64,000 nt of DNA from Nitrosopumilus sp. (GTDB lineage: Archaea; Thermoproteota; Nitrososphaeria; Nitrososphaerales; Nitrosopumilaceae), in NCBI GenBank assembly GCA_965218695.1, contig OZ244651.1:192001-256000 (forward strand), in the 5' to 3' direction. Position numbers and translations under genes: made by a program. Shown here piece by piece: positions 31,699 to 41,900 of the stretch. The notes below the pieces were generated by a model. The model saw only the letters and a list, made by a program, of their open reading frames with translations. It had not been told where the DNA came from and did no database searches. Every line of letters begins with the position of its first letter. The first letter of the stretch is position 1.

Positions 31699-33061
31699 AA
31701 CTTTGTTTCCTAATTATCTTCAACCACGCCTAACTCTTCCAGAGTCATGTCAGTCAGTCAGCCCAGACGAATTTGAATACCGTGTCAAACACTTTCAATA
31801 GAAAACTGTATTGATCAGAGAGGCGTGCAGACAGTCAGGCCAACAACCATGACTGAAAACACGCCATCTCCAGACAAGACGGGCACGCATGACGCTAAAA
31901 AATCTTTCAAATCAGAAGGGCGCAGGTTCCGGTACGATGACCGCAGGTACATAGACCGCGGTCAGCTGTGGTCCCTCCAGATAAACCAGGAGATCCTGAC
32001 GCGGGACGTGGAGAAGCTAAACAGCGGAAAGGTCGGCCACCCGTACGTGTTCTCAAACGCGTGCTTTGCAGCAGCGTTCCTGTTCAGGAATGCCACCGGC
32101 ATCAGGTACAGGCAGCTCCAGGGCCTGGCAGAGACCGTGGTTGGCAAGGAAAACTCACCCACGTACTCGGCATTCCAGAAGAGGATTGCCAAGCTTGGCT
32201 GCACCTTTGACGAGAAGGGTGCCGGCAACACGACTTCGGTGTGGTTTTCAGACGGCGGCGCCAGAACAGAGATCAGCCTGTTTGCATTTGACTCCACGGG
32301 GCTCAAGCCCACAAACCGCGGCGACTGGATGACGGCAAAGTGGGGGACCCGGCGCGGGTTCATAAAGATGCACGTCGGCGTGGACGCCAAGACCAAAAAG
32401 ATCTACGCCGTGGCAATCACTGACGACAGGTGCGGGGACTCTCCGCAGTTTGAGGAACTGGTGGAGCAGGCCTTTGCAAACGCAGAAAAATCACCAAGCG
32501 CAGACACGTCTGCAGGCACCAGGGTGGCAGCCGACGGCGCGTACGACGCCAGGAAGATCCACAGGTACTGTGACGATCGCGGCATCTCCCCGCTGATTCC
32601 AGTCCGCATAAACTTTGCCGGAAAGGCAAAAGGGTGCATGCCCCGCAAGAAGGCCGGATTCGAACAGCTTGGGGGGATGGACCACATTGACAAGACGGCC
32701 GAGCGCGAGTTTGCCGGCCTTTCGCGTGAACAGAAAAGGGAATTCCAGAAGGCGTGGCGCGAGGAGTCCGGGTACAACCAGCGGTGGTCAGCCGAGATTA
32801 CATTCTCCACGTTCAAGCGGGTGTTGGGCGAGTGCATAAGCGCCCGAAAATGGGAGAACGTCAAGGCCGAGATATACGGAAAGGTGCAGCTGTACAACCA
32901 GATGATCGATACTGCCATTGACAACGGGTACGGCACGCCAAGGATCGTACAAGTCTACAGACCCGAATCAAGGACGGCAGGAAATGGAGGGGATGCAGGA
33001 CGATGACATAGGCAGTATTGTACAGACGGGTGTCTCTGGTTCATAATTAGGAAACAAAGTT
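31699..33061 (+). mobile_element. IS5-family (IS903-like) element
   Basis: TIR AACTTTGTTTCCTAATTAT; 8-bp TSD TGTGAACC. Confidence 0.9.
31825..33006 (+). CDS. IS5-family transposase
   Basis: FDSTGLK, RRGFIKMH, ADGAYD and YNQRWSAEITFSTFK. Confidence 0.92.
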   Translation: MQTVRPTTMTENTPSPDKTGTHDAKKSFKSEGRRFRYDDRRYIDRGQLWSLQINQEILTRDVEKLNSGKVGHPYVFSNACFAAAFLFRNATGIRYRQLQGLAETVVGKENSPTYSAFQKRIAKLGCTFDEKGAGNTTSVWFSDGGARTEISLFAFDSTGLKPTNRGDWMTAKWGTRRGFIKMHVGVDAKTKKIYAVAITDDRCGDSPQFEELVEQAFANAEKSPSADTSAGTRVAADGAYDARKIHRYCDDRGISPLIPVRINFAGKAKGCMPRKKAGFEQLGGMDHIDKTAEREFAGLSREQKREFQKAWREESGYNQRWSAEITFSTFKRVLGECISARKWENVKAEIYGKVQLYNQMIDTAIDNGYGTPRIVQVYRPESRTAGNGGDAGR

Positions 33062-33109
33062 TGTGAACCAGCATGGTTTTAAATAGGGCTTTGGAAGGTT
33101 TTACACTAC

Positions 33110-33409
33110 ATGGCAACCAAGAAGCCCCACGGCCGCTCCCACGGGTTCAGACACAAGTCCAGATCCATTATGAAAAAGAAGGCACCGAGAGGCGTCTCGT
33201 TTCTGTTGCACGAATACCAGACAGGCCAGCAGGCACTTGTAATTATTGATCCTAGGCAGCACAAGGGGCTGCCGCACCGGAGATACCACGGCAAGGTTGG
33301 TGTGATAACCGATGTTGGCCGGCGAGCTGTAACACTTGATGTAAAACTTGGAAACAAATCGAAAACCTTAATCACTAGGCTGGATCATATAAAACCGTTC
33401 GGTGTATAG
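33110..33409 (+). CDS. rpl21e: 50S ribosomal protein L21e
   Basis: HGFRHKSR and HKGLPHRRYHGKVG. Confidence 0.94.
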   Translation: MATKKPHGRSHGFRHKSRSIMKKKAPRGVSFLLHEYQTGQQALVIIDPRQHKGLPHRRYHGKVGVITDVGRRAVTLDVKLGNKSKTLITRLDHIKPFGV

Positions 33410-33413
33410 AGAT

Positions 33414-33740
33414 ATGGAAGAAATACAAAAAAGACAGGCAATCTCACTGCCAGAGGCCAAACAGATTCTGGGCAAGGTTGATCCCGAGGACATGGATCAG
33501 ATTCAGCGCTGGACGTTTGACTATGTATCAAAATTTACATCAATTGATTCTGATAGCGCCGGGAGGATGAAGAAGATACTCATAGAGGAATGCGAACTGA
33601 CCGAAGACGAGGCAGTTGAAATCGTAAACATCAGACCAACAAGTATGGCCGAACTTCGCTCCTTTACTTTTGGGTGGAAGAAGCTGATTCTTGCCGAGAC
33701 TCTGGAAAGAATACTTAAGATAATCCGGGAGCATTCCTGA
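33414..33740 (+). CDS. rpo4: RNA polymerase subunit Rpo4 (RpoF)
   Basis: Conserved L21e-Rpo4-DUF655-KsgA gene order; EIVNIRP..ELR. Confidence 0.88.
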   Translation: MEEIQKRQAISLPEAKQILGKVDPEDMDQIQRWTFDYVSKFTSIDSDSAGRMKKILIEECELTEDEAVEIVNIRPTSMAELRSFTFGWKKLILAETLERILKIIREHS

Positions 33741-33760
33741 ATATTCAAGCGTGTTTAATC

Positions 33761-34327
33761 TTGGACCGGGCACAACAACCACCCAGAAGATATGAAGAAT
33801 ACACATATGTATTGGACTTTAACCCGCGGGGAAGATCGTCGACCATCCGCGGCAAGGATGGGATAATCGTGACTGCAATAGGGGAAGACCGGCTAACCCT
33901 CCTGGAGGTTCTCGGGGTGCCAAACTCGACATTTGATGTCGGGGAGCGGATCTACATTGGCAGGGAGGGGCGTACAAAGGTCCTCTCCGTATTGGGAAAG
34001 ATGGATTATTCCAGGATCTCAATGTCAGCGCAGAACGAACTGCCCGGAGTGGTTGAAAATATTGTGACTCGTAACGAGTCCAGGTTTGTTGAATATTTGA
34101 ACAACGCCAGACCCCTGACCCCAAGAATTCATGCATTGGAACTGATTCCGGGAATAGGCAAGATGTACATGAAGACAATGCTTGAGGAGCGGGAGATCAA
34201 AAAGTTTGAGAGCTACGAGGACCTGCAGGAACGTGTGGGACTCAAGGATCCGGTAAGGCACATCTCTGAAAGAATCATAGATGAGCTGACAGGACAGAGT
34301 CGGATGAATCTTTTTGTAAAGAAATGA
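33761..34327 (+). CDS. DUF655 family putative RNA-binding protein
   Basis: EEYTYVLDF, TPRIHALELIPGIG and FESYEDL; synteny. Confidence 0.88.
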   Translation: MDRAQQPPRRYEEYTYVLDFNPRGRSSTIRGKDGIIVTAIGEDRLTLLEVLGVPNSTFDVGERIYIGREGRTKVLSVLGKMDYSRISMSAQNELPGVVENIVTRNESRFVEYLNNARPLTPRIHALELIPGIGKMYMKTMLEEREIKKFESYEDLQERVGLKDPVRHISERIIDELTGQSRMNLFVKK

Positions 34328-35028
34328 CAAGGCAGCGACAACTGGGACAACACTTTCTAAACTCCGATTCCATTGCCAGACTGATAGTGTCTGAGGCCGG
34401 GATCACAAAGAATGATGTCGTCTTTGAACTGGGAACCGGTCTGGGAATACTCACGCCGCTGCTGTGCAGCATGGCAGGCCGTGTGATATCTATTGATGCT
34501 GACAGACAGCTTGCAGAGGATGCCAGATCCGCACTCTCTGATGTCAGAAACCTTGTCATACGGCACGGCGACGGCCTTGAGAGCACCTATAATTTTTCAA
34601 TCTTTGTATCAAACCTGCCATACTCTCGAAGCAGGGATGCAATCGAGTGGCTGGCCCAGAGGCAGTTCTCCCACGGAGTAATAATGGTTCAGCGGGAGTT
34701 TGCAGAAAAGCTGTTTGCCGTATCCTCTGCAAGAAGGGCAGTAAGCATAGTGGCCATGCATGCATTTGACATCCGGGTGATCTCTTCGGTGGGCAGGAAC
34801 AACTTCAAGCCGCCTCCCAAGGTCGGTTCTGTGATTCTGGGAATAACAAAAAGAGGCAGTCTGGACGAGGAACAGATACAAACCATCAACAGAATCTTCT
34901 CGTACAGGCGCAAGACTGTGAAAAACGTTTTACGGCAGTTCGGACTGGATTCAACAGAATGCCAACGAATAGACGACCTTTCAGGAGATGAGATAGTCGG
35001 CATTGCAAACCGGATTCTTGGCAGATGA
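34324..35028 (+). CDS. rsmA: 16S rRNA adenine dimethyltransferase KsgA/Dim1
   Basis: LGQHFL, ELGTGLG, SNLPY, MVQREFA and FKPPPKV. Confidence 0.92.
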   Translation: MTRQRQLGQHFLNSDSIARLIVSEAGITKNDVVFELGTGLGILTPLLCSMAGRVISIDADRQLAEDARSALSDVRNLVIRHGDGLESTYNFSIFVSNLPYSRSRDAIEWLAQRQFSHGVIMVQREFAEKLFAVSSARRAVSIVAMHAFDIRVISSVGRNNFKPPPKVGSVILGITKRGSLDEEQIQTINRIFSYRRKTVKNVLRQFGLDSTECQRIDDLSGDEIVGIANRILGR

Positions 35029-35536
35029 CGAGTATACCCCGTCTGAGGACACCTTCTTCATGGCAGATCACCTTGAAGACGAGACAGGTAGCATGGCACT
35101 GGATGTGGGAAGCGGCTCGGGATATCTGACCAAGCTGCTCTGCAGAAACTTTTCGCTGGTGGTGGGAACCGACATCAACTTCGGCGTATTAAGCAGACAG
35201 ACATACCGGACAGAAAACTTGGTGTGCTGTAATGGATCCGATGCCCTGCGGGCAAGGTTTGATCTCATAGTCTGCAACCTGCCGTATCTTGCAACCGATG
35301 AAATACTGGATGCTACAACCGACGGCGGTCCCGAGGGCTTTGAGATCCCCAAAAGAATCCTTGACTCCGTATGCGGGAATATTCAAAATAACGGCAAGTT
35401 TGTCTTTGTGACGTCCTCGCTGTCAAACCATGAACGACTGATCTGCTACACCCAAAGCCTGGGGCTGAGGACCAGGATAGTTGCAAGAAAGAGACTCTTT
35501 TTTGAGGAACTGATTCTTGTAGAGGCGGCACGCTGA
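35003..35536 (+). CDS. HemK2/MTQ2-like methyltransferase
   Basis: YTPSEDTF, LDVGSGSG, NLPYL and FFEEL. Confidence 0.87.
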   Translation: MQTGFLADDEYTPSEDTFFMADHLEDETGSMALDVGSGSGYLTKLLCRNFSLVVGTDINFGVLSRQTYRTENLVCCNGSDALRARFDLIVCNLPYLATDEILDATTDGGPEGFEIPKRILDSVCGNIQNNGKFVFVTSSLSNHERLICYTQSLGLRTRIVARKRLFFEELILVEAAR

Positions 35537-35537
35537 A

Positions 35538-36569
35538 TTATCTTCTGAGCATACCGACTGCATATGCGATTATGGCATCTGTCATCTGTGTTGTTGAGGC
35601 GCTGCCTCCGATATCCCACGTTACGGCCCTGCCCTCGTTGACTACCCGCTCTGTTGCAGAAAATACCGCATCCCTGATTGCAGTCTCTCCCAGATAGTCT
35701 GCCATCCAGGCTCCTGAAAGGATGGCCGCAGTAGGATTTACCTTGTTCTGGCCTGCAAACTGCGGCGCACTGCCGTGTGCGGCCTCAAACATCGCAAAGT
35801 CGTCACCCATGTTTGCCGAATAAATGAGCCCTATGGATCCCACCAGTCCTGATACAAGCTCCGAGATTATGTCCATGAACAGGTTTGTACTTACCAGGAC
35901 GGTCCCGTTGAACTGCTCCGGGGCCACAACCAGCTGTTGTGCCATATTGTCTATGTATATCTCCGATACCTCCACATCCGTCCCTTCTGCGGCCCTTACT
36001 GCGGCATTCCAGAATATGCCGTCAGTCTGTTTCAGGATGTTCCTCTTGGTTATTGCCACCATCTTCTTCATATCGTGATCCCTGGCCCACTCCATTGCAG
36101 AGTTGAGCAGCCTGTCGCACCCGCTTCTTGTTATCTTTCTGATGGCAATTGCATCGTCATCTGTAATCTTGGTCTCGATGCCTGCATACAGCCCCTCGGT
36201 GGCCTCCCTGAAGCATACGCAGTCGAGTTTCCTGCCCGGGGTCAGCCTCTCAAAGGTCTTTGCAGGCCTGATGTTGGCGTACAGGTTGAACTTTTGGCGC
36301 AGAGTGACTGCAACGCTTCTTGGCGCATCTGGAACGGGAATAGTCGTGGTCGGACCCTTGAAGCATGCATCCGAGTCTTCCAGAATCTTGGCAGTCCCTT
36401 CCGGAATGTATGATGAATCTCTCCTGCCGTTCCTGTCCCACTGCTCGGATCCTGCATCGCACAGGATGATCTCAGACTGGACGTTGCACTCCCTGAGAAC
36501 CCTGAGCATCGAGTCTACGACCTCTGGCCCGATCCCGTCTCCCCTCATCACTGCAGTCTTTTTGCCCAA
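35538..36569 (-). CDS. Isocitrate/isopropylmalate dehydrogenase family protein
   Basis: GDGIGPEV, LYANIRP, REATEG and FEAAHGSAP. Confidence 0.92.
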   Translation of the reverse strand: MGKKTAVMRGDGIGPEVVDSMLRVLRECNVQSEIILCDAGSEQWDRNGRRDSSYIPEGTAKILEDSDACFKGPTTTIPVPDAPRSVAVTLRQKFNLYANIRPAKTFERLTPGRKLDCVCFREATEGLYAGIETKITDDDAIAIRKITRSGCDRLLNSAMEWARDHDMKKMVAITKRNILKQTDGIFWNAAVRAAEGTDVEVSEIYIDNMAQQLVVAPEQFNGTVLVSTNLFMDIISELVSGLVGSIGLIYSANMGDDFAMFEAAHGSAPQFAGQNKVNPTAAILSGAWMADYLGETAIRDAVFSATERVVNEGRAVTWDIGGSASTTQMTDAIIAYAVGMLRR

Positions 36570-36700
36570 AACTGTCAGGCCTTACGGCGTTTATTATTTA
36601 ATCCTACTCCAGCTAAGCGAAATGTGCTTTGATCTAGGCAAAATCTGACAAGAATGCAAGCAGATCAATAAGGGTACGGCCCTATGGTTTTTGTTGTCTA

Positions 36701-37801
36701 TACTGACACGCAAAAGTCTTTGAGCAAATGCCCTAGCCAACCGCAAAGTTTCTAGATCAGACTTTCTTTCATGGAGACATGGACGACTCCAAACTGGAAG
36801 AACTAAAAAAAGCGTGCAAAAAAGAAAAAGACCACAAGGTTCGGGCTAGGATGGTCACGGTACGCATGGTTCGCGTGTTCAACATGACCGTGGAGGAGAC
36901 TGCCGACATCCAAGGACGGAGCCCAAACTGGGTCCGCAACTGGTTGAGCCGCTTCGATGACGGAGGCCTGCAAGGCCTCCGTGATCTTCCCAGATGCGGA
37001 CGGCCCAGAAAGATCCCGCAAGACGTCATCGACGGAATAATTGCAAAGACGGCATGCCATAAAATCACGCCCTCGGAACTGCAACAGAACATACACCATG
37101 ACACGGGCGTAAAGCTTCACATCACGTACGTCAGGAAGATCATGCACCAGTACGGCCTGTCCCCGAAGGCACCACGGAAAGTCCATGTTAACAGGGCCAA
37201 CAAAAAGGCCGTGCAGAACTGGAAATACCGCTTCAACAAGCGCGTTTCACGCCTAGAAAAGGAGGGATTTACCACGGTAATGGAGGACGAGGCAATCTTC
37301 ATACACGACGTGATAGTCGGCCGTAAATATTGGTCCCTGGTGGGCCATCCCATAAGCGTGCCGTACACCGGCAGCCACAAGAGGATCGCAGCGTACGGCT
37401 CGATCGCAAAAGACGGCAGGCAGTTTTTCCGGACGTACGAGAAATTTGACGGACCCACGTTTGTCAGATACCTCAAGGATCTGCACCGGCATTTTGGCAA
37501 GGTGGTAGTGACGGCAGACCGGGCCCCGCAGCACCGCTCAAAACTGGTAAAGGAATTTCTGCGCAGCAACAGGGATGTCAAGATGATCTATCTGCCAAAG
37601 GGCTCGCCGTACCTCAACGCGATGGAGGAATGCTGGCACCAAGGAAAGCGCGTCCTGCTCGTCTCGGAATATTACCGGACATTTCAGGACATGCACCGGG
37701 CAGTTTCGTTGTATTATCGAACCGCCAGGTTCAAGCTTGACATCCTCAAATTTACCAGCCGAAAATATGAGGCATTGTGCACAAACTTTTGATCGTCAGT
37801 A
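36701..37801 (+). mobile_element. IS630-family element
   Basis: TIR TACTGAC..CAAAAGT; TA duplication. Confidence 0.9.
36779..37792 (+). CDS. IS630-family transposase
   Basis: HTH, GRPRK, EDEA, ADRAPQH and LPKGSPYLNAMEECW. Confidence 0.93.
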   Translation: MDDSKLEELKKACKKEKDHKVRARMVTVRMVRVFNMTVEETADIQGRSPNWVRNWLSRFDDGGLQGLRDLPRCGRPRKIPQDVIDGIIAKTACHKITPSELQQNIHHDTGVKLHITYVRKIMHQYGLSPKAPRKVHVNRANKKAVQNWKYRFNKRVSRLEKEGFTTVMEDEAIFIHDVIVGRKYWSLVGHPISVPYTGSHKRIAAYGSIAKDGRQFFRTYEKFDGPTFVRYLKDLHRHFGKVVVTADRAPQHRSKLVKEFLRSNRDVKMIYLPKGSPYLNAMEECWHQGKRVLLVSEYYRTFQDMHRAVSLYYRTARFKLDILKFTSRKYEALCTNF

Positions 37802-37934
37802 TAGACAAAAAACCAAGCAGGGCCGCGATCTACTGAACAATCCAAGAATATATCAAGATGTCGCAAGCGGCATGAAAAACATGCTTGCCTGCGCCAACAC
37901 GTCAAACAGGTACAATGCGGTATTTGGAACAGAC

Positions 37935-39698
37935 GTAATTGTTTCGCTTTTTGAAGTAACCGGATGGCCTAGCGGACATCCATGGTACCGGGAATGAATC
38001 TAATAATTTCGTACTCGGGATGACAAAGTTAGACCATCGCGATCCAAGTACGAGTGGGTGCCAGTCCCTTCGATCTTTGGAAATGAAGGAACCAGCACGC
38101 CGAACATGCTTGGAGGCGGAGGAATTTAAGGCAATGCACGAACACTCCTTGCCGCAAATCCCGCTGGATGCCGGGGCGTGCATGGAACCAGGGTGCAGGT
38201 GCTGCCTGCACTGGGCAAAAATGTTCGGCGACGTGCTAGGCCCAACCCGCAAGATCCTGGAGGCAGCCTGCGAAATTGCAGGCGAGTCGGGCGCAGACTG
38301 GAAGGAGGCCGGGCGCCTGCAGGCGCTCGTCTCGTCCCTCACAGAGGACAACAAGAGGTACGCCAAGACAAACAGGGATCTCAACGCCAAGGCAAACGGG
38401 ATCAGCGTCCCCGCGCCCAAGAAGAAGGCCGGTCAGGGAAAGAAGGCCGCCGGCAGGCCCAAGGGGCAGAAACCCACCGTCAACTGCAGGCCAAAGCGCG
38501 TGGACCGCGTCGAGGAGATCGACTGCAAGGAGTGCCCCGACTGCGGCGGCGGGCTCTCTGGGAGGGTGACTGCCGAGTACGATCGCATCGTGACTGTCAT
38601 GCGCGTCCTGTTGGAGAACGTCAGGTACGTCATCAAGCGGCGCTGGTGCCGCGTGTGCAAAAGACAGGTCTCCGGGAGGGTTCCCGGCGCGGCAAAACAC
38701 GCGCGCCGTTCATCAAACTTTGACGCGGTCATGACGTCCCTGAACATGAATGGCATGTCGCATGCCAGGACCGCAGAATTTGGCGGCGACGCGTTGGGGC
38801 ACGTAACCTCGCGCTCGTCTGCCTACCGCGGCAAGATCAGGCAGGCCGGGCGCATGGCGCCGGAACGCGATTCGGTAAGGGAGCGCGTGCTGGAGGCGCC
38901 ACACCTGAACGTAGACGAGTTTCACTGGCCGCTGGGCGGCAAGCGCGGCTACGGGATAGTGGCTCTGGCAAAAAATCACTGCCTCGTGGAGGTGGCCGAC
39001 TCGCGGGACATCAAGACGCTCCGCCAGACGCTCCCGGGCTACCGGGGAACCATAACGCAGGACTCGTATCCCGGGTGGCTCCACGTGGGATCGTGCCGCC
39101 AGATGTGCGTGTGGCACCAGGAACGCCTGGTGCAAAAGGACGTCCTGACCAACCCCGGGGGTGACGTTCCGGCGTTTCTGGACAGGCTGTCGGCAATCCA
39201 CATGAAGATTTACCGCGCCTCCAGGATCAAGGACCGGCACCCAAGGATCGTCGCTGCCCGCTGCATAGACGCGGAGCTGCGCGAGCTGATGAACGAACCG
39301 TTTGCAGGCGACGGGGACGGCACCATCGCCCGGCACAAGAAGAGGTACCCGCGGGAGGGATATTTCATGACCACCTGCCTGCACGTGGACGGCATCGAGC
39401 CTGACAACAACGCAGTCGAGAGGGCCAACCGGAGGTTCGTGGCCGTAAGGAGCGACGGGGGCGGGAACCGCTCCAGGAAGGGCATGGATGCCAACTCGAT
39501 CCTGTTCACGCTGCTGGCAACTGACAGGATCAACAAGGACAGCTTCTTTGATCACCTGGTCCGCTCGTCTTCCGGGGACGGATGAGGCGCCGTCCGACGG
39601 CACGTGCAGTGCGTCACGGGGAAAAAGAGTCCACGGTAAGGGGAAGGCTGCACCCGCTCCGCTGCCAAGCAGCCCACTTCAAAAAGCGAAACTATTAC
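37935..39698 (+). mobile_element. Single-ORF IS66-like element
   Basis: TIR GTAATTGTTTCGCTTTTTGAAGT; 8-bp TSD GAACAGAC. Confidence 0.92.
38020..39585 (+). CDS. IS66-family transposase (521 aa)
   Basis: CPDC/CRVC, VDEFHW, QMCVWH and PDNNAVERANR. Confidence 0.9.
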   Translation: MTKLDHRDPSTSGCQSLRSLEMKEPARRTCLEAEEFKAMHEHSLPQIPLDAGACMEPGCRCCLHWAKMFGDVLGPTRKILEAACEIAGESGADWKEAGRLQALVSSLTEDNKRYAKTNRDLNAKANGISVPAPKKKAGQGKKAAGRPKGQKPTVNCRPKRVDRVEEIDCKECPDCGGGLSGRVTAEYDRIVTVMRVLLENVRYVIKRRWCRVCKRQVSGRVPGAAKHARRSSNFDAVMTSLNMNGMSHARTAEFGGDALGHVTSRSSAYRGKIRQAGRMAPERDSVRERVLEAPHLNVDEFHWPLGGKRGYGIVALAKNHCLVEVADSRDIKTLRQTLPGYRGTITQDSYPGWLHVGSCRQMCVWHQERLVQKDVLTNPGGDVPAFLDRLSAIHMKIYRASRIKDRHPRIVAARCIDAELRELMNEPFAGDGDGTIARHKKRYPREGYFMTTCLHVDGIEPDNNAVERANRRFVAVRSDGGGNRSRKGMDANSILFTLLATDRINKDSFFDHLVRSSSGDG

Positions 39699-40834
39699 GA
39701 ACAGACGATCTAAATCACGGCATGCTGAGGGGAGCCACCATGGATTCGTCCGTAGGCGGGTGCGCAAACGCGGTAAAGCGCACGCACTGCGACGCTCCCT
39801 CCGACAGGTGGCATGCATCGGCAATCAAGGGGATGGAGCAGGGCACGGTTCAGCGCGCATTCGAAGAAATGGTGGCAGTGCAACTTGACACATTCAAAAA
39901 ACTGGGCAAATTCCCAAAAGAAGGACTGGACATCGCAATCGACATGCACCTCATACCGCGTTATGACCGGGCACCCGGAGGGGAGCTGACCCGTTCCAAA
40001 TACAAAAACGGAACCACGTATTTTGAGCGTTACATGACAGTCCAGTGCGTAAACGACAAGATGCGCATGGTCCTTGCAGCATCATACCTCAAAAGGCTCG
40101 AATTCGTGCCTGATTACGTGGATGCAGTCCTCAAGACCATGGCAGGGATGGGCATCAGGATCCGCCTGGCGCTGCTTGACCGGGAATTCTTCTCAGTCGA
40201 CACGATAAGCAGGCTGCGGGCAAACGGCGTAAGGTACCTGATGCCGTGCAGGAACACGCCCAACGTGGTGGAAGCCCTGCAGGATTTTGCACAAGGAAAG
40301 AGGGAAAGGATCTCAACAAACGTGATTGAGAACAACCAGGGCTCCGTCGAATATTCCATGATAATAACTGAAAGAAAAAACGCCAAAGACCCTGATGTCC
40401 CGGAAGAGAAATACATCGGGTTTGCAACAAACCACCCCACAATCAAGACGGAGGCTTATGCCAAAAGATGGGGAATAGAGACCGGGTACGGTAAAATCGA
40501 GGAGTGCAGGGCCAAGACGCGGATTTCGGACATGGAATCGCGGATGTTGTGTTTTTACTATTCCCTAACATTGTACAATGAATGGATAATCGTCAGGGCA
40601 ATGCTTTCTGACGGTACCGAAAGGCAGAGTGTCATGACCATGCTCACGTTCAAGGTGCAGTTGGAATCACTCCTCATACGCCAGTCCAAACCGCCTACCT
40701 GATCTCAGATGAGGCACTTTTCGCTTAGCTGTACTCTGAATGTTCAGGTACAGGCCTTCCGGCCGTGATGTAATACATGATCCGTACTTTCTATAGATTC
40801 GATTTAATACGTGATGCAGCCATGACAAATCTAA

Positions 40835-41584
40835 ATGCTGATTGTCCAGATATCTGATCTCCATGTAGGCTCCCAGTTCCTGCCAGAAAAGTTTGGTGTT
40901 TTGGAAGACGAGATCAACGGACTGAATCCGGATGTCATCGTCGTTACGGGGGATCTGACCAACGAGGGCCTGGTAGGCGAGTATGAGCGGTGCAGGACGC
41001 TGCTGGAGAGGCTTTCGACGGGGAGGAGGATGATTGCAGTCAGCGGAAACCATGACTACCGAAACACCGGCTACCTGCTGTTCAAAAAATTCTTTCCGTT
41101 TGAGCCGGTAAACGAGCTTGATGATGACACCGTTCTGGTCACTGTGGGAACTGCCAGACCGGACAGAAACGAGGGGGAGGTGGGATACAGGCAGAACCTC
41201 TGGCTGGAGCGAACCATGAAAAAGTATGCAGACCGGGTAAAGATTGTTGCAATGCATCACCACCTTATTGCCATTCCTGATACGGGATCGGATCAGCTTA
41301 CTGTGGTTGATGCAGGCGACGTACTGCGGACCGTACTGGATGCCGGGGTGGACGTTGTCATGTGCGGACACAAGCACAGGCCGTGGGCGTGGAACCTTGG
41401 CACCCTGACTGTCCTCAATGCAGGCACCCCCACATCCGAACGGGTACGCGGCCTGTTTGAGAACACCTACAACATCATCAGCATCTCCAACAGGCAGATA
41501 AGCATAGATCTCAAGATTGTAGGCGGAAAAAGGATCCCAATGGAGGAATTTGTGAGAGACTACAGCCAATCTCGCGTCGAATGA
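40835..41584 (+). CDS. Calcineurin-like metallophosphoesterase
   Basis: SDLH, TGDL, GNHD, HHH and GHKH. Confidence 0.92.
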   Translation: MLIVQISDLHVGSQFLPEKFGVLEDEINGLNPDVIVVTGDLTNEGLVGEYERCRTLLERLSTGRRMIAVSGNHDYRNTGYLLFKKFFPFEPVNELDDDTVLVTVGTARPDRNEGEVGYRQNLWLERTMKKYADRVKIVAMHHHLIAIPDTGSDQLTVVDAGDVLRTVLDAGVDVVMCGHKHRPWAWNLGTLTVLNAGTPTSERVRGLFENTYNIISISNRQISIDLKIVGGKRIPMEEFVRDYSQSRVE

Positions 41585-41615
41585 TTTTTTTAGATACTGA
41601 TTCTAGGGCTCTTGT

Positions 41616-41702
41616 GCGGGGATCGCCTAGCCTGGTAGGGCGTGGGATTGCTAATCCCATGTCCGCAAGGACACGGGGGTTCAAATCCCCCTCCCCGCGC
41701 CA
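41616..41702 (+). tRNA. tRNA-Ser(GCT) with encoded CCA
   Basis: Acceptor GCGGGGA/TCCCCGC, anticodon loop TTGCTAA, long variable arm, GGTTCAAATCC. Confidence 0.95.
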
Positions 41703-41738
41703 TTAAAACTTTATAGTGAGTTCCAGAAGAGTTATTCC

Positions 41739-41900
41739 ATGGGACGAAGAAAGACTCAAAAGATTATTCGCACTGGCCCAAAGAACGCAACCACGGGAAT
41801 GTGTCCACTCTGCAAGACCATTGGCAGGGTGTTTCTCCTTGGCCCCCCCGGAGAAGAGAGGGGAAAGTGTGAAAAGTGCCGTCAGGAATTTGAATTATAG
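41739..41900 (+). CDS. 53-aa Zn-ribbon protein, Elf1-like (below the ORF-track length cutoff)
   Basis: MGRRKTQKIIR...CPLC...CEKCRQEFEL; TATA TTTATAG ~23 bp upstream. Confidence 0.7.
   Translation: MGRRKTQKIIRTGPKNATTGMCPLCKTIGRVFLLGPPGEERGKCEKCRQEFEL

Larger units (their letters stand above)
37802..40702 (+). pseudogene. ISH3-like transposase interrupted by IS630 (near the start) and IS66 (37935-39698)
   Basis: ...NRYNAVFGTD|DLNHGML rejoins in frame; IAIDMH, LDREFFS and YAKRWGIETGY. Confidence 0.85.
36610..40731 (+). mobile_element. ISH3/IS4-like element carrying nested IS630 and IS66
   Basis: TIR CAGCTAAGCGAAATGTGC / GCACTTTTCGCTTAGCTG; 5-bp TSD TACTC. Confidence 0.88.
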
